Assembly (NCBI GenBank): GCA_963703285.1
Contig: OY969807.1
Location: 1,600,001 to 1,664,000 of the forward strand
Direction: 5' to 3'
DNA: 64,000 nt
DNA from: an uncultured Nitrososphaerota archaeon
Lineage (GTDB): Archaea; Thermoproteota; Nitrososphaeria; Nitrososphaerales; Gagatemarchaeaceae
The notes beneath the pieces are model-generated. The model did not search any database and was not told the DNA's origin. It saw only the letters and a list, made by a program, of their open reading frames with translations. This document shows positions 58,570 through 64,000 of the stretch, piece by piece (the stretch's first letter is position 1; each line of letters begins with the position of its first letter). The translations under genes and the position numbers were made by a program.

Positions 58570-59335
58570 AGAGTGGATTGCATCGACTGTAGGCCTCCTT
58601 GAATTAGAAGGAATCCTTGCTGGCGCAAGTTTCCTCGCCTATTTTACGTTACACGAACAGAAAGACAAATCCGTTAAGAGATTGGAAAAACTCAGGCTCC
58701 AACGAGTCAGATTAAGACTCTCAGATATGATAAAAGAGAATGCCAATTCTAAGGAGATAACCAAGGAGACCGAAGATAAGTTCCAAAATCTGTTTGAGAA
58801 CGAATACTCCGAAGCCTCTGAACCTTCGGGAACTCTCCGTACGATGGATGCGGCATTTCTATTCTCAGGGGTGCTTCTCTCTGTCGCCGCTCTCATAGAT
58901 TGGGCACAATCTAATCCCTCGCTCGTGCTACCGGCAGGGTCGCTTGTGCCGGTCGAAGCCGAGACTTTCGGGCTCGGGGTGTTACTCCTTGGCGTAGGAA
59001 TCTTCGAACTTGAAGGGCTTCGTAGAATGAGCGACAAGGAGCCAGACCTCGACCCTGCGCCCTTCGGCTATATCCTAATCTTTGGGTTGATATTCGCCAC
59101 CGACGCATATTTCCTATGGTTGACAACGACCTACTATAGCCAGCTCACACAGTTCGGTCAAACCCTCTTCTTTGCTTCTTTCTTGCCGATTGCCGGAATC
59201 ATTCTAGTTATCACGACATGGGAGGACGAAGATTGGAGGCGCATTCTGGGAATGATTCTTTTGTTTGCCCCATATGTGGTATACGCTATTTGGATTCTCG
59301 CCTATTCCTTGAGTTCGGTCGTTCACCTTGGTTAG
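58570..59335 (+). pseudogene. 5'-truncated multi-TM membrane protein, back-to-back with the truncated RHS gene
   Basis: Low-GC reading frame SEWIASTVG... begins at the RHS break; the upstream part of track ORF 58433 is antisense RHS. Confidence 0.55.
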
Positions 59336-59391
59336 CCCTTCGCCAGATACTCGCTCAGTATGTATCGAATCGTCTCCGGTATCGACTTCGA

Positions 59392-59647
59392 TCATGGGGA
59401 TGTCCGACGCATGTCGGAGAGCTCAGTCTTCGCGATAGCTTCGCGCTCTTCGGGTGTCGCAAACGAATCGTGGAAGAAAGAGATGGTCACTGAGGGGTTC
59501 TGCGGATCCGGCATTCTGATTTCGCCGCCGCCCCAGCCGTCGCAGACCTGGGTGAGCAGGACGAGTGCGGAGTAGGACATGCAAACTGTGCCGAGCTCGC
59601 CGAGCTGCCTCGAGTGGCGGCAGTTAGCGCAGGAGGCTTCCATAATC
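59392..59647 (-). CDS. Small Cys-rich hypothetical protein
   Basis: CANCRH...C...CDGW motif; frame stays open for 20 codons after the TGA. Confidence 0.45.
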
Positions 59648-59822
59648 ATGCCTCGCTTCTCTCTGGATGCTCTGTAGTGCGGCGGCTCCATGGCGAACTA
59701 GGTCGGAGGGCTACAAAAGGACCAACGTGTCTTGGATTCGTCTAGTCGCCGACGCTCTAGCCTGTGTAATTCTTCCACTCTGCCACAGGTTAATCGTTAA
59801 GAGCCCCCGATTCCGCTAGAGG

Positions 59823-60059
59823 ATGGAGGGCACCGGGTTGGATACCAGGAGGCTCAAGAATGGTCCCGAAATCGTCTTCCTGCTCGGGCTGATCGGCTTC
59901 CTTGTCTGGCTCTACTGGATGCTCTCCAGCCACCCCGCCCCCAATCCCTTCGTGACCTACACCATTCTCCTGATCTTCGTCTGGCTGATGATAATCTCCG
60001 CCGTCGAGATAGTCTACTCGTTCCGGGCAAGGCGGACCGCCGCGCAAAAGCCGAGGTGA
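59823..60059 (+). CDS. Small two-TM membrane protein
   Basis: 78 aa, two hydrophobic helices, TTAAG upstream. Confidence 0.65.
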   Translation: MEGTGLDTRRLKNGPEIVFLLGLIGFLVWLYWMLSSHPAPNPFVTYTILLIFVWLMIISAVEIVYSFRARRTAAQKPR

Positions 60060-60127
60060 GCCCTAGACGTTGTTCGCGACGAGGATGAAAAGCGCCAGCG
60101 AAGAACACGGCAGGCAGGACACACCTT

Positions 60128-60155
60128 CGTTCGGACAAAACTATTAATCAAAAAC
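60128..60155 (+). repeat. 28-bp repeated site, copy 5
   Basis: CGTTCGGACAA-AACTAT-TAATCAAAAAC. Confidence 0.85.
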
Positions 60156-60186
60156 TCGGAGGAGCGCCTAGCGGGCGCTTTCAGTC

Positions 60187-60684
60187 GTGAACCCCCAGTC
60201 CACCCGGCCCCAACTGGTCATACCCGCGGCGATTATCATAGCGGCCATCCTGATTGCCGTGAGTATATCCGTCGCGGTCGGGGGAGAAAGGACGACGACG
60301 GTCACAGTCACCCCCACGAACTCAACTGGCGAAGTGGTCTACAAGGTGACTTTCCAGCAGGTCCAGTACTGCGGCCTGTACAATATCCTGCCCTGGGCGG
60401 TGACTGTCGGCGGCCTGACGCAGGTCCAGCCGTCCAACCAGACTCTTCCATTGCCGACGAACACGTTCTCCACGGTCGTTCCGGACCAGAGCCTCACACG
60501 GATGACGTTCTACCTCCCCCCGGGCGCCTACAGCTACATCGTGTACGGTGGTTCGGGCAACGGCCCCGGGGGGCAGCTTTACCCGACCAGCGGGACCTTC
60601 CAGGTTGTCGGGTCGAACCTCGTCCTCAACGAGGACGTCTACCTGAGCTTCACGTGCGCGCCGACGACCAGTAGTATTGCATGA
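60187..60684 (+). CDS. Membrane-anchored secreted protein with a thermopsin/S-layer-like beta domain
   Basis: TM AAIIIAAILIAVS (similar to 50916..51560), YKVTFQQ...WAVTV...FYLPPGAYSY...SGTFQV. Confidence 0.7.
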   Translation: MNPQSTRPQLVIPAAIIIAAILIAVSISVAVGGERTTTVTVTPTNSTGEVVYKVTFQQVQYCGLYNILPWAVTVGGLTQVQPSNQTLPLPTNTFSTVVPDQSLTRMTFYLPPGAYSYIVYGGSGNGPGGQLYPTSGTFQVVGSNLVLNEDVYLSFTCAPTTSSIA

Positions 60685-60722
60685 GAGACCAGAAACCCGA
60701 CCTCAGATGCCCAAGACCGGAT

Positions 60723-60756
60723 TTTAGGGCCCTAAACGCGCTTATTAGGCATCTAA
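60723..60756. promoter_or_regulatory. Palindromic operator pair upstream of the AbrB gene
   Basis: TTTAGGGCCCTAAA (perfect palindrome) and TTAGGCATCTAA; degenerate copy at 60997-61030. Confidence 0.6.
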
Positions 60757-60775
60757 ACCAACACCTGGTCGTCAG

Positions 60776-60937
60776 ATGCGCCTGCAGAAGCAGAAGACGC
60801 GGGTCGTCAAGGGCAAGGAGTACTTCCGGTGGACGGTCGTCATTCCTCCGTCCAAGGTCAGGGAGCTCGGATGGAAGGAGGGGCAGGAGCTCCGCCAGAG
60901 GCTGAAGAAGGGGAAGCTGGTCATCGAGAAGGATTAG
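60776..60937 (+). CDS. AbrB/MazE/SpoVT-family DNA-binding protein (53 aa)
   Basis: Manual translation MRLQKQKTRVVKGKEYFRWTVVIPPSKVRELGWKEGQELRQRLKKGKLVIEKD. Confidence 0.85.
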   Translation: MRLQKQKTRVVKGKEYFRWTVVIPPSKVRELGWKEGQELRQRLKKGKLVIEKD

Positions 60938-60948
60938 CGGGCTTCTTG

Positions 60949-60976
60949 CGTTCGGACAAAACTGTTAATGAGAAGT
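60949..60976 (+). repeat. 28-bp repeated site, copy 6
   Basis: CGTTCGGACAA-AACTGT-TAATGAGAAGT; 11 nt after the AbrB stop; no gene downstream on this strand. Confidence 0.8.
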
Positions 60977-61106
60977 AGTGTAGCTTTTCATTGAGATTTA
61001 GGGTTCTAAACTTGGCCATTTGGTATCTAAGATCAATCTACGTCGTCGCTTTCTGATTCTGCTCTGGAAGTGAAAGGGGCGTAAGAACTTACCTATTATG
61101 AATTGT

Positions 61107-61853
61107 CTACTTGATTGCTTTGACTATAGCGGCCAGCTTCTCCTCGAAGTCCTTGGTCTGGAGCAGGTTGCCGATTACTACTAAGTCAGCTCCGGCCCTG
61201 GAGGCTGCCGAGGCGGTTTCTGGGGTTGTGACCCCACCCCCCACGATGAGAAACCCGGGGTACGACGCCCGAACGTCGGCTATCACGCCGGGTAGGATGG
61301 CCCTGTCGGCCCCGCTCCCCGCCTCGAGGTAGAGGAAGCGCATCCCAAGGTAGTGCGCAGCCATGGCGTACATGAGAGCGATGGCGGGCTTGTCGAGCGG
61401 GATGCCCCTCACCTGACCGACGAAGCCGGTCGTGCTGAACTCCCCGAAGACGAGATAGCCCATTGGAATAGCCTCGAGGCCTGTTTTCATGACCTGGATG
61501 GATCCGATGGCCTGGGCGCCGACGATGAAGTAGGGATTTGTGGAATTCAGGAGGGAACTGAAAAGAATTGCATCGGCGTGCGGTGAGATACCTGTGATGT
61601 TGCCTGGAAAGAGGATGACAGGGAGTGTGATGTCACGCTTCAGACGCATCACAACCTCGTCTAAACGTCCCTGATCGGCTATTGTTGAGCCTCCGATGAA
61701 GATGCAGGAGACTCCGAGCTCCTGGACCTTCTTGCCGAGCGCCGCGGCAGCATCTGGAGTGAACTCCTCGGGATCTATCAGAGCGGCTATCAGGGTGCCC
61801 TTCTCCTTCCTCACGCTCAGAAGAGCCCTCTCAGTAGGTCCAGGCTGGCTCAA
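61107..61853 (-). CDS. Geranylgeranylglyceryl phosphate synthase
   Basis: LIDPE, IGGST, ILFPG, SLLNS, YLEAGSGA, VGGG. Confidence 0.92.
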   Translation of the reverse strand: MSQPGPTERALLSVRKEKGTLIAALIDPEEFTPDAAAALGKKVQELGVSCIFIGGSTIADQGRLDEVVMRLKRDITLPVILFPGNITGISPHADAILFSSLLNSTNPYFIVGAQAIGSIQVMKTGLEAIPMGYLVFGEFSTTGFVGQVRGIPLDKPAIALMYAMAAHYLGMRFLYLEAGSGADRAILPGVIADVRASYPGFLIVGGGVTTPETASAASRAGADLVVIGNLLQTKDFEEKLAAIVKAIK

Positions 61854-61856
61854 AGG

Positions 61857-62111
61857 TTACGCACCGGTCTTGGCGAAGTCGTCCACGAAGGTGTTGTAGA
61901 CGTCGATGTCCGGCTTCTGGGTGGCGAACCTGAACTCGCGCCTAAGCTTGCAATTACTGTTTCCGCAGGCCACGACGGTTACGAAATCTTGTGATACTTC
62001 GTCCTGTTGTGATGTGATTCTGACGGCAACAACTCCGCAACGAGGGCAGCTGAATACTTTTGGAAGCGAACGCTTGTTGGCTCGTAGAACTTTCCTTCTT
62101 CTTCTCCCCAT
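61857..62111 (-). CDS. elf1: Transcription elongation factor Elf1
   Basis: MGRRRRK...LPKVFSCPRCG...CGNSNC...IDVYNTFVD; true start at the ATG at 62111. Confidence 0.88.
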   Translation of the reverse strand: MGRRRRKVLRANKRSLPKVFSCPRCGVVAVRITSQQDEVSQDFVTVVACGNSNCKLRREFRFATQKPDIDVYNTFVDDFAKTGA

Positions 62112-62317
62112 TTTGCTCGTCCAAGCCCTTTCACGCTCATATATAATATGGTTTTGCGAGGGAACTGTAGTCAATCGAAGCCCGGGCGAAGCCGATTTCT
62201 TGCAGATAACAGTCCAGAATACCAATATATTATACGGATAGATGCGAGAGTTGCTAAGATGTGTGCTAGACGGGTCCAGAAACACTAATACAGATTCGTA
62301 GATGCAGCTCTGGTCGG

Positions 62318-62674
62318 ATGCCATCTCAACTCGACGACTTCCTCGCGTCGCAGTCTTCGCTCACGCGTGTTCAAATCGAGCGGCTGCTGCTCCAGTTTTC
62401 GCTTCAAAACGACACGTCTGAAGGGGAAAGCAGGCCCAAAATCAGCGGCGTGAGCCCCGGAGCGTACTACCGGGTGCTGGGCCAGGCGAAGTCCAACATA
62501 GATCAGGCGCTCTACACCGTGCTGCTGTGCTCGAGGATTGGAGTGCTCCAGATGGACGATCTGCGGCGCCTGCTGGACCTGGTGAGCAAGGTTCCATCCG
62601 ATGTTGCGGACGTCGAGGCCCAGCAAGTGACCCAGCTCGTCGAGGCCCTCGTGAAGAAGATTGTGATGCTATGA
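62318..62674 (+). CDS. Conserved hypothetical protein (HTH-like)
   Basis: SSLTRVQ...VSPGAYYRVLGQAKSNI. Confidence 0.7.
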   Translation: MPSQLDDFLASQSSLTRVQIERLLLQFSLQNDTSEGESRPKISGVSPGAYYRVLGQAKSNIDQALYTVLLCSRIGVLQMDDLRRLLDLVSKVPSDVADVEAQQVTQLVEALVKKIVML

Positions 62675-62695
62675 TACGCACGCTTATATCATGTT

Positions 62696-63310
62696 GTGTC
62701 ACAGCCCCTTTTCGGGGTCGCGTTGGTCCTTATCGATGATGTAGTCGTCTCCATAGCCGCGGCCGTCACGACTGCGACCCTGGTCGTCCTCGTCGTCCTC
62801 CTCGCGAGGTACAGGGCTCTTGTAAAAGATGCAACCAAGTCTACGGATCTTGCGAAGAACCTCTGGGACGCCATGAATGAGAGGCTCACGACCCAGGACT
62901 CTCGTATCGTCGACATGATGGCGAAGTTCGAGGTGTACTCCGTGAGGAAGGGGGTAGGGCTCCCGCCGCCCGCGAGGCCACCCCCAACGTCCACAAACGT
63001 CCCCAGGTCGCCCGAGACTCGAGCTCAAGAGATGAGACTAGAGACATCACACCCAGTATCACAGGCCTCTCAGGCTCCGTCACAGTCAGGAATCACTACC
63101 AGGGAGAGGGAAAACCAGATTCTGCGCGCCCTTCTGGACGGTCCGAGGACCTCCAACGACATCCGGGCCGTGCTGGATGTGTCTAGGGAGCACAACGCGA
63201 GGCTGCTGAAGGCTCTTTACGGACGCGGGTTACTCCTGCGGAACGACGAGCACAAGCCCTTCGTGTACGAGATAACTGAGGCCGGCCGGCGCTATCTCGG
63301 TGCCGCCTGA
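62696..63310 (+). CDS. Membrane-anchored winged-helix protein
   Basis: N-terminal TM; C-terminal SREHNARLLKALY.RGLL.R...KPFVYEITEAG. Confidence 0.75.
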   Translation: MSQPLFGVALVLIDDVVVSIAAAVTTATLVVLVVLLARYRALVKDATKSTDLAKNLWDAMNERLTTQDSRIVDMMAKFEVYSVRKGVGLPPPARPPPTSTNVPRSPETRAQEMRLETSHPVSQASQAPSQSGITTRERENQILRALLDGPRTSNDIRAVLDVSREHNARLLKALYGRGLLLRNDEHKPFVYEITEAGRRYLGAA

Positions 63311-63526
63311 AGTACCTCCGTGCGTGCGCGCGTCAGGAGAGAGCGAAGCTTCGATTACCTTCCTGGATGCAGTCCAGTGAGTTCCGGGCTTTTACGTGCG
63401 AACCGTGTCGGGCCGCGGGGCCTTCCAGGCTGTTTTTCTGAAAAGGCTCAGGGTAGGCAGGTCCACTCCGCCGAGGTTGTTCCTTATATCGGAGAACCAC
63501 AACATACGATAAGGAGCTGCCAGAGA

Positions 63527-63877
63527 GTGGGAATAACCAAGGCATCAATCACCATTTTGGGCGACTCGGCCCATTCCGAAGTCGAGTTGGTTGTGGACAC
63601 AGGCTCCATCTTGACGTGGGTCAAATCCGACCGATTGAAGTCGATAGGGAGCAGGCCAAGGAGAGAGAAGGAATTCAGGACGATTGAGGGCAAAATCATT
63701 CACAGGAAGACAGGTCCGGCGACCGTTCGTTACGATGGAGTAGAAGCCGATGTCGAAGTCGTCTTCGGGGAGGAAGGCGACGCTGAAGTGCTTGGCGTTA
63801 CCGCCCTGGAGTCTCTGGGACTCCAGATAGATCCAGTGACTCTCAAGATAAACCGGTCGAGTCTTCTAGCTCTGTGA
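63527..63877 (+). CDS. Clan AA (retropepsin-like) aspartic protease
   Basis: LVVDTGS, LGVTALESLGLQIDP; GTG start at 63527. Confidence 0.85.
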   Translation: MGITKASITILGDSAHSEVELVVDTGSILTWVKSDRLKSIGSRPRREKEFRTIEGKIIHRKTGPATVRYDGVEADVEVVFGEEGDAEVLGVTALESLGLQIDPVTLKINRSSLLAL

Positions 63878-64000
63878 TTAGGGAGAAGACGCCAATCGCC
63901 CCAAAGAAGGGAGATGGGTTCAGATTCACCGGCAGTCAGCAGTTCCCATTCATGGACGTGATATGAATGACGCTACCTGAGGAGATGAGAAGGGTCGCGC

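Noticed and set aside
49787-60976. Repeated 28-bp site as CRISPR repeats or classical integron attC sites
   Set aside because: Spacing is gene-sized and irregular, there are no cas genes, no RYYYAAC...GTTRRRY hairpin, and no IntI in the window

Overview
This is a GC-rich archaeal chromosome segment. PolD small subunit, Cdc6/Orc1, Elf1, Alba, RPA, ThyX and BHB-type tRNA introns point to a TACK archaeon, most likely a Nitrososphaerota (Thaumarchaeota) lineage; this assignment is inference. Positions 1-27 kb and 35-43 kb are mostly housekeeping genes (korAB, cysS, pyrH, aRF1, ychF, queE/queC, valS, dinB, thyX, pmm, DP1, cdc6). The main points of interest are: (1) the release factor aRF1 carries a 506-aa LAGLIDADG intein inserted in its YxCxxxF stop-codon-recognition motif; (2) there are seven tRNA genes, six of them carrying 12 introns in total (two with three each), and tRNA-Thr(TGT) has a non-canonical T-loop; (3) a ~7.7-kb element is integrated in the only intron-free tRNA (Leu-CAG), bounded by a 16-bp direct repeat, and encodes a tyrosine integrase, a Top6A/Spo11-like TOPRIM protein and a TM-ATPase-wHTH-nuclease fusion followed by a large inverted repeat; (4) an accessory region (43-61 kb) next to cdc6 has six copies of a 28-bp dif-like site, several directly behind intact or decayed copies of a small AbrB gene, which punctuate genes for secreted and membrane proteins like a cassette array; the region also holds a 5'-truncated RHS toxin with a nuclease tip and a probable immunity gene. 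All calls come from reading motifs by eye; no searches were run.
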